DNA of 64,000 bases from Camelus dromedarius (Eukaryota). Position 1 is the first letter of the stretch. Every line of letters begins with the position of its first letter. A program made the translations under genes and the position numbers. The notes below the pieces were generated by a model. It had not been told where the DNA came from and did no database searches. It was given only the letters and a program-made list of their open reading frames with translations. Below are positions 24,031 through 35,929 of the stretch, in pieces. Location: positions 21,702,001 to 21,766,000 of the forward strand of contig NC_087436.1 of NCBI RefSeq assembly GCF_036321535.1, given 5' to 3'.

Positions 24031-25904
24031 GAAATGAGGAGGCATGCACTGCTGGAAGGTACTCCTGCGGGAGGTCTCATCCGCAGCCTCCACATCACTG
24101 GCATCCTCATTCTAACTACCCCCCCCGCCAGTGCGCCCCCTGCCGGCCACTCTCTACACACACCCGCAGTAAAACTCATCCTGGAGTCTGAATGGGCAGG
24201 GTGTAATGCTATAGGCAGAATTCCATTTTAATGGCTGCTGTTAATAATCTCTGACCTTCTAGTATGAAACCATTACCTTCCCCTGGTTAATGGCCCATAG
24301 AAAAGAGTATTTGCTGAATTGCTGAAATCAAATGAAATGAAACAAAAGCCCTTACAGAGTAGCAGTATTTAAAAGTCCTGCTCTATACAGTAGTACGTTT
24401 CTGAGATGAAGTCTTCGATGCTGTGATATGAAGCTTTGGTGATAGAACTAGTAAGTCATGCCATTTCTTAGGCCTCTGATCTTGGGGAGATCACATCCCC
24501 ATTCCAAGTCTGTTTTCCTTCGTTTCGGTAAAATCCTGGCTGTGAAGTCCGAAGTCAAAGATGGTAATGTGGATGAGAACACTGGGCGACTGTGATGCAA
24601 ATGTCAGGTATTAGTCGTCGTCTTTCACGTAGAATATTCTGAAATGCGGGCAGGCTTCTGAAAGACTGCGATGGCGTCAGTGTTGGCGTTGGGGTGAGGT
24701 GTGGTGTTCGCCGTGAACTAGTGTGCCCCCCGGACATGGTCCTTCTCGCTTTCAAGCTTGTAAAGGAGAAAGGGAAATAAGGCAGCCCCTGAACTTGGTT
24801 TATGTGTAATATGAGAGAAAAAGGGATTCCAGTCGAAAACAATCTTCCATCCTTCACCATATAGAAATAGATGCTTGTATACATGTTAAAATACAAGGTA
24901 GCTTACTGTTCAGTCAAATGAATTACATCAGTTTTCTGTCCAGTTTGTGTTTCTTTTTCCCATACAAGACCACTGGCTTTGAAAACGTAGCTATTATAAA
25001 TTTTTCATTTTCGCTAAGGTTTTAAAGAATATTCAAGGGTTAGTATTAAAAGACATAGCAGAACCAAGAGAAAATCCCTTGGGTCTATCTTGGAAAGCCT
25101 ATTTTCTGTTCTTTTATATTGGCATTTTTGAGGTCCTTCTTTTACTGCTTTCAAGAATTGTGAAAAGTTAAGTGAAATTATTTTTGAAAAATATGTTGAG
25201 CTTTGTGGAATAAAGATACTTTATTAAAGTTATTAATATTTGCTTTGAATTTACCAAGTGTTTATTGGCTGGTGTATCATAATGGTTATGCCTTCTTCCC
25301 CATGGGTCAGCGTTCTTGGGGACACTGTATGAGGGGATAAGGTCCGTATTTCTTAAGCTGACTTAAGACTTTCTATAATCACAAGGGCTCCAATTGCTCC
25401 CATCTGAATTTTAGGGCTTTCTCCACTCCATCCATATTTCTCTATTCCCTGCTGGTCACATCTCTGCCCTCTCTCCCTTGCGTCTTGTACTGGTTTCTCT
25501 CTGGCACATTTTCTGTTGCTCAGGTCTACAGTAATCTTTCTGAACTAATGTAGCTTTTGTATTTACATGGGTTTTTACTGTGTTTTCTCTTATATTACCA
25601 TTTGCCTTTTTATATGTATGTCTCTCCCACTGTGCTTCATCTTGACAGTAGGTGTTCTTTTTTTTTTTTTGAGACCAGACACTGTGTCCTGTAGGATTTT
25701 TTTTATCCTTTAAGCACCAATATAGTATTTTACTCAAATTAGAATTTGGAGATGGGTTTGTCATTGACTGTTGTAATCCCCAACTACTGTTGCATGAACC
25801 GAGGCACAACTGATTGCTCAGTGTCATAAAATAAGCTGATAACATGGATAGGAATGGAACCCAGGATAAAAGATTTCTAGTCATCCTGAACCTGACATGT
25901 ATTT

Positions 25905-27970
25905 GAATAGATTTTATTTTTAGAGCTGTTCTAGATCTGCATCAAAATTGAGAAGATAGTACAGAGAGTTCCTATGCACTCCTACGTACAACTTACCCTG
26001 TTATTAACATCTTAGGGCAGTGTGGTATGTGTGATGTATTTAATGAACCAATATTGATACGTTATTTTTAACTGAAGCTCCTACTTTACTCACATTTTCT
26101 TAGTTTTTACCTCATGTCTTTTATTTTCCAAGGTCGCGTCCAAGATGCCACATTACATTTATTTAGTTGTCTTACTTCCTTAGGGACCTCTTGACCATGA
26201 CGATTTCTCCCTTTACTTGTTTTTGATGGCTTTAACAGTTTTGAGAAGTACTTCATGTATTTTGTAGAATGTCTCTCAATTTAGACTTGTCTGATGTTTT
26301 CTTGATTAGATAGGAGTCATGCTTTTTTTGGGGAGAAAGCAGATAACGGTGGAAAACGGACATTTTTTGGACATTTTTGTCATCTCCTGTTGAGGGTGTA
26401 TACGGCCACCATGATTCACCACTGCTGACGCTGACCTTAATCACCTGGCTGAAGGGGGTGTCTTTTAAGTTACTTTTTTTCCTTTTCCCATTTTCATCCT
26501 ATTCCTTGGGAACAAATTGCTGTGCTCAGTCCTCACGTAGGGAGTGGAGAGTCATGATCCACTATTTAAATTCTTTGGAATCTGTTTCTTATCCCCCATG
26601 TATTAATTTATTCAGTCACTCATTTATATCTGTATGTACTCATGGATAGTTGTTTTCTACTTTGGATTATACTCTTACACAACTTTACTTACTAGCTTGT
26701 TCCAGCTTGGCCAAATGGAGCTCTTTCCCTTGGTTCCCGTGCCCTTTTGGTATAGTGTCCCCATCAGTCTGGGGTTCGAGGCACTTTCTTACTTTCCGGG
26801 ACTGAAAAATGATTCTGGCTGATCTTGTATATTTCTTGTCCCAGTCCTAGAATTAACCGAAGAGCCTGGATTCTTTTCACTGAAGAATGGTAGCGACCAA
26901 GATATGCATGGGTACTAGGTATGTTTGTTTCATTTAGGCCCTCTCTGTTGACGTTCCAAGGAAATATGTGTGTGTGTTCTCCTGTAGACACACACACATA
27001 TTTCTCTGTATAAGCATCTTTATCTTTATTAAGCTAAACGTGAGTTCTTTCTGATGCCTCCAGCTCTAATCCATTGTTGTATGCATCATTCTAGCCTTCT
27101 CCTCTTGCTTATCTGTAAATTCCCACTTGAACAGTGAGAACCCTGGCTCCCACCATCCATCCCCATGTGCATAATTGTTCAGTTCCAGTGTATATGTATA
27201 GCTGTGTCAGAACTGTTAACTTGTTACCCCCCCCATAAGAATAACTTTATCAACTAGAGTACAGTGTTTCTATGCACTTCCTTTTGCCTTCAGACTTACA
27301 GACTCCAGTCATTTCCAAAGCCCCTTAGGTCAACATCTCCGTCTACCACAATCAGGGAATTTGCTTCATACATTTGTAATGCATCTATATTCTCTTGTCA
27401 CAGTCTATATTACTTCTTTGGATCCTCTGATTTCCAAAATGACTGACTTATAGAATCGGCATAAATTGAGGTTTACTCTTTGTGCCCGTATGGATTTTGA
27501 AAAATGCATGATGTCATAAGTCCAACATCGTAGTGTCATGCAGAATTGTTTAATCACCCTAAAAATCCTACGTGCTTCACCTATTCATCCCTCCTTGTCC
27601 CCTTCTGAATTCCTGGCAACCACTAATTTTTTAAAAAATATCTTGGTATTTTGCCATTTCCAGAATATCACATAATTGGAATCATACAGCATGTAGCCTT
27701 TTCAGGCTGGCTTCTTCCACTTGGTGACGTGCACGTAGGTGTTCCCAGCAGTCTGTGGCTCAGCAGTGCTTGCTCCGGGTAAGCTGTTCTTGGCTGTGGT
27801 TCTCTGTGCTTGCTCATCTCTGTAGATTTTGGGGGCAGTGGTTGGCCCTTAGACCTCAGTTCTTGCATTGGTCTAAGAATAGTCCTTGATTTTTAGTTTT
27901 TTCAGCTTTTTTCTTTCTGTAAGCATGGAAATCATGACTTCTAAGCTCTTTATATGCAGAAACCAAAAGC
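25905..27970 (-). mobile_element. L1MC/L1MD-type long 3' UTR
   Basis: gattttatttttagagctgttctag..aaaattgagaagatagtacagagagttcc, tattttgtagaatgtctctcaatt, cctggcaaccactaat..ataattggaatcatacag..tagccttttcag. Confidence 0.85.
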
Positions 27971-28534
27971 CACAGGGGTTTCCCTTACCTTAAAAGTCTT
28001 AAAAATCTCTTCTTATAAAGCAATTTATCTCTTATTCTTTATTGTCCAATAACGCACCTTTACTTGCTTGCTCTCGACCACTCTGGCGTTCCTCTCCCTC
28101 TGTTCTACGTTGACTATTTGCCACCCAGGCCTAGCACTTAAGGTGCCGAACCCACTTCAGTAATTGGCAAGGAAGGTGTGGGGAGGCTTGGGAGAAAGCA
28201 GGTGCTGTGCTACATGAAGTTTTATTACACTCCCTGTTCTTTTGAATGCCTATTTTCTATCATTTTAATGTTTTGCAGAGTACACAAAGGATTCTAAATT
28301 TCTGTTTATCATAATCCCAGTGTAGCAAAATGCAGTGTTTAAAAAAAAATCTTCCACAGGGGATGCATAAAAATAAAACTGGGAACTCAGAACTGAGAAG
28401 AGGGGAAAAGGAAGCTAGGTCAATAAAAATCGTCTCTGCATAATGCTTTAGTCTTCCCTCTAAAATAAATCTTTCTAATATGTAAGATACCCAACTTAAT
28501 TTAAAATAAGTTTGCTTTAAAAAAGGTTAGCAAA

Positions 28535-28688
28535 GCGGGGAGGGCATAGCTCAAGTGGCAGAGTGCATGGTTAGCTTGCATGAGGTCCTGGGTTCAATCT
28601 CCAGTACCTCCTCAAAGAGTAGATAAATAAACCTAATTACCTCCCCCCCCACCAAAACAAAACAAAACAAATTTAAAAAAAGATAATG
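28535..28688 (+). mobile_element. Camelid tRNA-derived SINE (vic-1 type) with perfect 14-bp TSD
   Basis: ggggagggcatagctcaagtggcagagtgcatg (A box)..gggttcaatctccagtacctcc (B box), A-rich tail; TSD aaaaaggttagcaa at 28520-28533 and 28689-28702. Confidence 0.93.
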
Positions 28689-28924
28689 AAAAAGGTTAGC
28701 AAGACAAAAAAGGAAGTAAGTCAATCCAACTGAACCACTGGCTAGCAAGTAAAGCCATGGCCTTTCTGTAGTAATTCTTTAAAGGACGGTAGTTAAATCC
28801 TTATTGATAAAGCTTGGTTTTTCATAGTAAGCACACTTTCATGAAGTTAACTTTTTACTGTTAGAGCCTGTATGTCTAATATTGTCATGCCAGTGGCACA
28901 CACCTTACATGTATATACTTTATA

Positions 28925-29292
28925 TATATTTTATGGAAGTATAGTTGACTTACAATATTATGTTAGTTTCAGGTGTACAGCATAGTGATTCTGTATTTTT
29001 GCAGATTATACTCCATTATAGGTTATTATAAGATAAGGGGTATAATTCCGTGTGCTGTGTAGTATATCCTTATTGATGATCTATTATATATATAGTAGTT
29101 TGTATCTGTTAATCCCACAGCCCCAGTTTGTCCCTCTCCCCTTCCATCTCCCCTTTGATAACCACAAGTTTCTTTTCTCTATCTGTCAGTCTGTTTCTGT
29201 TTTGTGTATACATTCTTCGTATTATGTTTCAGATTCCGTATCTAAGTCCTATCATGTAGTATTTGTCTTTTTCTGGGTTACTTCCCTCACTA
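28925..29292 (-). mobile_element. Cetartiodactyl-type L1 3' UTR
   Basis: gaagtatagttgacttacaatattatgttagtttcaggtgtacagcatagtgattc; antisense of the family at 12275. Confidence 0.9.
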
Positions 29293-30439
29293 TGAAGGGG
29301 GGAGACCTAGTCACCCTTATGGCATAGATCTCTAAATGAATAACCTCCCCCTCCTCCTGCTTTCCTAACAACCACTCTTACGCCAGCATTCCACCTCACC
29401 ACCGTCCTGTTGAAAATTTGTCACATTTTCAGCGTATCTCACGTGCATGTAAAGAACCGCAGCGGTAATCCTGTGTGTTGTTATAGCACTTTTTAGCTCA
29501 CAGATTCAGTGAGTATTATGAGATTGATTTCTTTAAAACCCCTAAAGTCTTGAGATAAATGAGCTTGCAGACACTCTCTCTATTCTCATTAATTTCAGAT
29601 TCACAGCGGAAAAAGAAACAATCACACAGCTTCTGACACCTTTATGAGAAGTACATTAAGATCAGATTCAGTCTAGACAGAATCGAATTTTGGTTTAAAT
29701 GGGAAGTTGTTTTCCTAGAGTTTATTAATGCCTTAATTCCTCAGTGCTAAATGGATGTGTCCCCAGCATCTATCAGATCAACCATAACTTGGTTTTCTGT
29801 CCTGCTTCCCTCACCATTTTGTATTTTGAGTAAGTTCTGTTGATCCTGCTCCTGAAAACTTATTCAAGCCCACCCCTTTCTCTCAATTTCTCTGATAGTC
29901 AGCCATAGGTGAAGCTCTCATGGCCGTACCTCTGGAATTTTGTTGAAGGTCAGCGATAAGAAGCCCTGCTTGATCGTATCATATGTGAAGATTCAGACGC
30001 TTAACTTGATGGAATTGACTGTGAAAATCATGTTCACTTTAAAGAATAAGATGTAAAAAGATGTAATTCACTCTAAATGACCCTGAACTTATGTAAGCTG
30101 TCATGGAGGGGCCAGAAGTCGCCCTATTCTTTCTTTGCTGTGAATACAAAAATAATGAGATTTATTTAATAAATATGAGCTCATTTCTCTAGAGGGCACT
30201 GCGTGCTTGGACATTTCCCTGACCTGTCACAGGCTTAGTTTCTGGCTCAACTCTCCCCAAGTCCACCCTCTTCTTCTGACTCACTGCCTTTTGTGCCCTC
30301 TGCCACTGTGGCATACATCGCCACATGATTTATAACAGTCTTCTCGCTTTCTTTCCATTCTTTCTGTTTCCTTCTTTCCTTTTTTTCCTCCTTTGTCCAT
30401 CTTTATCTTATCATAATCTACTTGTCTATTCTTTAAAAG

Positions 30440-30555
30440 GAGGGTGATGGATGGTAACTTGACTTATGGTGACGATGACTTTGTAAATAACAAATATCAA
30501 ATTATAATGATGTGCACCTGAAATTTATATAATATTATAAACCAATTTTACCTGA
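30440..30555 (+). mobile_element. Short L1 3' tail
   Basis: ggtgatggatggtaacttgacttatggt..atgtgcacctgaaatttatataatattataaaccaatttta. Confidence 0.7.
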
Positions 30556-32199
30556 ACAGCCAAATACAGCCTCCTGATCTCTTAGAACATGAGATTATGG
30601 AATAGGGACCAACCTCTCATGGTTTCAGTGACTATATTTTATTCTATGAACATGGAATGTAGGAAAAGAGGGGAAGGATGCTACACTGATATTGACCTCA
30701 GTGTACCATACTGGTATAAGATGATAACAGCTGGGAGTCATAGGTTTGTAGAAGGAACAGAAAGAAAATTTTTCTGATGGGACAGTAAACATATATCACT
30801 AATGCATCTTTTTTTTTTAATAAGCTTCTTTGGTCTATACTATTGATAGTTTTAAATCTTACAGATTCATGTGGACCCCAAATTACGTGAAGTTTGTATT
30901 CCAAAAGTTTGTTCATTAATGTCTTTGGGACCTTCTATAATTAAAACATTGTTACCAATGTTTGGGGTCCTAGGTGAGCCCACACACCATTCAACCCATT
31001 ATAATGAATCTAAGCTATAATTTTAATAACTTTAATTCTGGTAACTGGCATTTATAAAATTGTCTCAGAAAGAAAAATTTTGAATTTTAACTTAGGATGC
31101 CAGGGACATTTAGCTGTGATTCTGTTAGTGATTGAGTTGAAATGGTCTGTAACAGTGGGTCACCAAAAAAATCAGGGGCATTTTAACTCTACTTCAGCTT
31201 AGAGAAAGTGACCTTTCCTGTTTACATACAAGATAATAAGTTGGTAATTCAGCTTACTCTCGAGAAGCTACATTCGTTTTTACACTCGTGGTGTTGATCA
31301 AGTAGAAATGCTCTAAATTTAGCTACTGAGCCATTTTTCACTATGAACCCATTTCTCGCCCAACATTAGAAGTCATATGTTGCATGCACAAAAATTTACA
31401 CAATGGAGAGGTTTGGGAGTAGCAGTTTGTAAAAAGCTGTAGACTCAGAAAAAAAGTGACAGAGAAAACAAACATAACCTTGTACATCCCTGGAAGGCAA
31501 ACTGTATGGAAATCTTTCTAAAATAATTATTCCTAACAAAGTAGTCGCGGTGAGTCGTTCACTTGCCTTGTCAGCATCACCAGAGAGTCTTTTTCAATCT
31601 ACCCACCTGCCTTTATCTTATAGCTCCTCCTTCCAACCCCCACACTTACCCAGCCGAGAATCTCTGTCGTGGTGTCGCTGGTACTGAAGGGAGTGCATCT
31701 CACTGCTCTGGAGTGCTGGGTGGGAGAAAGCTGTCTAACTACTGGCTGTTAAAAGCAGGGGAATAAGGTGACAGCAACCTATGTTGAGACACCTTGAGAT
31801 ATTCCTGAATCTGTGCTGTAAATCCTTATGTAACTTGCCATTTTTTAAACTAATAAAGCAGAAAGAAGAATCTGAAAACAAGTAACAAGTCTCAAAAGAA
31901 ATCATCACCTTTTGGCTTTCCCTGTCACCAGTGTGCCTTTAAACAGCTAACGTTACTGTATTATCTGTGTTTGGAGGGAAAAAAAAATAGAATAAGGAAG
32001 AATGTATGTGTTTGGGGCTGATGGTTCAATAATAAGCAGACAGAAAGGAAGATTAAAAATCAAATAGGAACTTCCCTGGACACACGTCTGGCAGTATGAT
32101 GTGCTGCCAGGTGCCGAACGCCTACATTTCTACAGATGAGGACACTGAGGCTCAGTTTGAGTAACTTGCTCAAGGTACGCCTAATAACGGTAGTAAGAG

Positions 32200-32358
32200 C
32201 CAGCTTCATGACTAGTTGCATGGGGCCCTGTCCTTAGATGAGCCCATGCTTGGTTTAATGCTTGGGGCCACCATCCTGAAATTCTTAAAGATCTTTGTAA
32301 CAAGAGGCCCCATGTTTTCATTGTGCACTGGGCCTTGCAAATTTCATAGCCAGTCTTT
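32200..32358. mobile_element. MER91-like hAT MITE inserted in an antisense MIR (32120-32190)
   Basis: gcccatgcttggtttaatgct..ccatcctgaaattctta..caagaggccccatgttttcattgtgcactgggccttgcaaattt..tagccagtc. Confidence 0.75.
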
Positions 32359-32587
32359 CTGGTAGGCTGTGCCGAGGTCTTCCATAGTGGTCCCTAGAGA
32401 TGTATACTGAAGACGCCTAAGCTCTGTAAGGTAGACGAAGAGAAGGAGAGGTAACTCCAGGGCTTGGCCAGCAAGAACTTTGTGTTCTGGAATCAGGGTA
32501 TTAGGTGTGGGGACATAACTTCCTCAGCAGAAGAATTGCTGCCTCATCTGGATATCAGTAGTGGTTCCAAGGTGCCATGTGGCCTGG

Positions 32588-33130
32588 TGCCTTATATTAA
32601 TTTTCTGTTGCTATATGACAAATTACCACAACTTAGGGGCTTAAGTCTACAATATTTATTGACCCACAGTTTCTGTGGGTCAGAAGTCTGGGCACGGCTC
32701 AGCTAGGTCCCCTGCTCTGAGACTCACCAGGCTGCAGTCAAGTTGTTGGCCAGGTTGCATTCCTTTCTGGAGCTCAGGGTCCTCTTCCAAGCTCACGTGG
32801 TTGTTGGCAGAGTTCAGTTCCTTGAGGTTGTAGGACTGAGGTCCTAGAGACTAGAATTGACCAAGCTTCCTAGAAGCCAAGCCTAGAAGTTTCCTGCCGT
32901 GTGGCTTTCTCCATTGGCACTTCATCTGTATTCACACTTCTTCAAGGCTAGTGGGAGAATCAGTGTCTCTTTCTCCAGTCTGCTGTAATATAATTGTGAG
33001 AGTGACATTCTATTATCTTTGCTATATTCCATTGATTAGAAGCAAGTCACGAGGGGAGGGGTTTACACAAAGACCTTTACAACAAGAGGTGAGGAGTATT
33101 GGGTGGTCACCCGAGGGTCTGTCCACCACA
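32588..33130 (-). mobile_element. MaLR solo LTR (MLT1E/F-like)
   Basis: tattaattttctgttgct..acaaattaccacaacttag, cacagtttctgtgggtcagaagtctgggcacggctcagct, gctcacgtggttgttggcag. Confidence 0.85.
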
Positions 33131-33282
33131 TATAAAAATCCACAGCTGTAGCACACTCTGCCTCAGTGGAACTCTCCCCGCACGCAGTTACTGAGACCAT
33201 AAAACTTTGGATATACATCTGTGGGATATAAAGAAGGCAGCGTGGATATTCAGTTCCCACCTGGACCTATACCTTGTGCGTG

Positions 33283-33293
33283 CATATATATAT

Positions 33294-33337
<44 letters not shown>

Positions 33338-33338
33338 T
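33283..33338. repeat. (TA)n(CA)n(TA)n plus poly-T simple repeat
   Basis: Directly visible. Confidence 0.9.
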
Positions 33339-33888
33339 GCATTGCTTTGCTAGTTCAGGAATAAGTCAGATTAAAAGCAACCTTGAACTGAGTTCCAGTC
33401 ATTTTTCATGATCACCTTCAAATCCAGGCCAGAATCTGTGTCTGCATGAGCTCACTAGTAGCTGGCAGATCTGGGGTTTAATCTCAGCTTTGTGTGGCTC
33501 TGAAATTCATACCCTTCAGGCTGGGTTCGATCCAGGTGTTCTGGAGTCTGAAATGTATGTATTTGTTGGGGGGGGGTCCACTTTGAGTAAGAGAATACAA
33601 AATGATTTCCAAGGTTAGATACAAATTGACTGTTAAGAATGAGAAAAGAAATCACAAAAAATTACCCAAACCTTGGAGATTCAGGTCTGTTTTTTCCTGA
33701 GATCTCTAAGTACTTTGCCAGACATGCTTATGTAGAAATGCTTCCTAATTGCAGCCTGGTTCCCTCAAATTCTCATACAGGCTATTCTCTAGCTATTGTC
33801 ACCTTCCAGTATCCAAGGGAGGCAGCGCAGGTGATGGGCCTTGGAGCTTCATTAGCTTCACAGGAAACATGCTTTTGCTTCTCACTAC

Positions 33889-34047
33889 ATTCTCACTACT
33901 CAACAAGTGACTCATGGACCAGCAGTGTTGCCCGCTCTGGGAGCTTGTTTTAAAATGCAGAATCCCAGGCTCCATCCATACCTGCTAAAGAAAACCCTGC
34001 ATTTTAGCAAGGTAATTTATATGCACATTAGCATTTGAGAACCATCT
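33889..34047. mobile_element. MER5A-type hAT-Charlie MITE
   Basis: ggaccagcag..ctgggagcttgttttaaaatgcagaatcccaggctcca..ctgcattttagcaag..tatgcacatta..tttgagaacca. Confidence 0.8.
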
Positions 34048-34149
34048 CAGTATGCATACTGAGCAGCATTGCTTTGTCTATGGGCTGCACCCAGCTTGTT
34101 TTCTCTTGGCCAGAACAAGTGGGTAATAGACTTTAGCCCACAGCCGGTA

Positions 34150-34700
34150 ACAATCTTGACAAGAAATAGTAAGAGAACGTCACATTGCTTTAAATTAATA
34201 CCAGTCTCCAGGGTCAGACAAATTACATCCTTGGGGTTCAGAAAAATTTATAGCTGTGATTAGAGAAACACCGTCAGTAATCTCTGAAGAATCCCAGGGA
34301 ACCAGAGAAGTGCCATTTTTTTTCAAAGCAAGAAGAAGATGAATTCTGTAAATTACTAGGTAGTGAGTCTGACAGCAATTTCCTACAAAATTCTGGAAGG
34401 AATTATTAAACAAGTAACTTGTCAGCTCTTAGAAACAGAAATGGTGATTACCAGGAATCGTGCTAAATTACCTTCATTTGTTTTTCTTGTAGTGTGTTTC
34501 TAAGAGTGGGAGGCCCAGGGAAAGCTATAGGTATGATAGTTTTGATTTTAGGGAAATATTTGTGAATCTCCTGATGATATCATTATAGACCATATGCAGA
34601 AATTTGGTACAGATAATAGCACAGCAAAATGAATTCGTGGTTGGCTGAATGATTATCTACTCCCAATTAAATTGCAAATGGCGTGAGAAAAGGAGGTAAT
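34150..34700 (+). mobile_element. L3/CR1 LINE, ORF2 reverse-transcriptase fragment (decayed)
   Basis: With a frameshift it reads QSPGSDKLHP..SVISEESQGTREVP..NY*VVSLTAISYKILEGIIKQVTCQLLE, matching the CR1 motif string KSPGPD.LHP..SIIFEKSW.TGEVP..NYRPVSLTSIPGKILEQII. Confidence 0.85.
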
Positions 34701-34710
34701 GGTAGGTCTC

Positions 34711-35262
34711 TGTATCAATCAGGGTTCAATTATAGAAGAACTCCTAGGAATGATACGAAATAAAGCATTGATTATAGGGATTTGACCTCATACAACTGTG
34801 GGAACTGGTTTATGTAAGGCTGCTGCTTTTGCTAGGCCAGGAAGTCAGGAAGAAAAGATGAAGTTGGGGAGAGCAAGGATAAACAGGAATGTGTGAGGAG
34901 GATGGTCTGGCTCCTACTTCAGCCTCCAGGTTTCCAATTCCTTTGATGCAGGCATCTGGCAGGAGAAACTGAGGCCCAAACATGCACCTGGCCTAGGAGT
35001 GGGAGAGGCTGACGGAGGTGTGGCCCTGGCAGCTGCTGCTTCCAGTGAAGTCAGCAAGCTGATTCATAACCCATCTGTAGGGGACCCCAGAGCACTCAGC
35101 TGAATGCCAGGCTTCCAAGCTCAAATATAGCTGCTGGTCGCTTTTGCCATCCAGTCTCACCTGAACTTCTCCTGTGGCCAATCTTAGCCCAGAACCCTGA
35201 GGGAAAGGAATTCTGGGAAATGTAGTTCCTGCTTAGCTGAGTCAACACAGTTGCAAGCTAAT
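34711..35262 (-). mobile_element. ERVL-class solo LTR
   Basis: tgtatcaatcagggttcaat..gggatttgacctcatacaactgtggga..gggaaaggaattctgggaaatgtagttc. Confidence 0.65.
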
Positions 35263-35374
35263 ATAGCCATCAAGGTTGTTCTTGGCTTTGCCCTGTTGAT
35301 TGTTTTTAGTAACACAAAGCCATGAATGGTAGCACTGGATGGTAGGATTGAAAGGAAAATCTTAATAGATTGAT

Positions 35375-35655
35375 TTCACATTCAATGTGAGAGGCCATTC
35401 TTAACCACACTCAGTGAACTAGCATCTCAGCGTCCAGTGCCCCTGGCTATTCCCAAACCTTGCTCTACTTTTCCATAGTACTTACTAGGATCTGTTGATA
35501 CAGCTACTGGTTTATTTATGTTTTGTCACCAGAATTGCATCAGAATGCAAGCTCCAGGAGAGCAAGGACTTGCCTGTTTGGCTCAATGCTCAGTCCTCAG
35601 CACCTGGAATAGACAGCACATAGACGGCAGCCAATAAATATTTGTTGCATAAATC
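35375..35655 (+). mobile_element. L2 3' end
   Basis: agaatgcaagctccaggagagcaaggact..cctcagcacctggaatag..caataaatatttgttg. Confidence 0.8.
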
Positions 35656-35929
35656 TACAATGAAATATACTAATAAATGGAACATCATATATTGAGAGAT
35701 TTAAAAAACCCACCTGCATTAAGTAGAGAATGGAAGATATCTAAATTAATAAAAATTCATAAGAAAAAATAAGCTTGGGGCTTTAGTCGATGGCAAGCAC
35801 AAATTTCCAATCAAATTGGAGAATTAACACGTTTTATTTATGTTGGAAACAAAGGAGGCAATATTCACATTGCACTCTATATAGAAGAAGAGTTACCATA
35901 GTTTTAGAAGATAAGGAGCCACCATGTCA

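Noticed and set aside
28535..28612. tRNA-like A/B boxes
   Set aside because: SINE head with A-rich tail and TSD, not a tRNA gene
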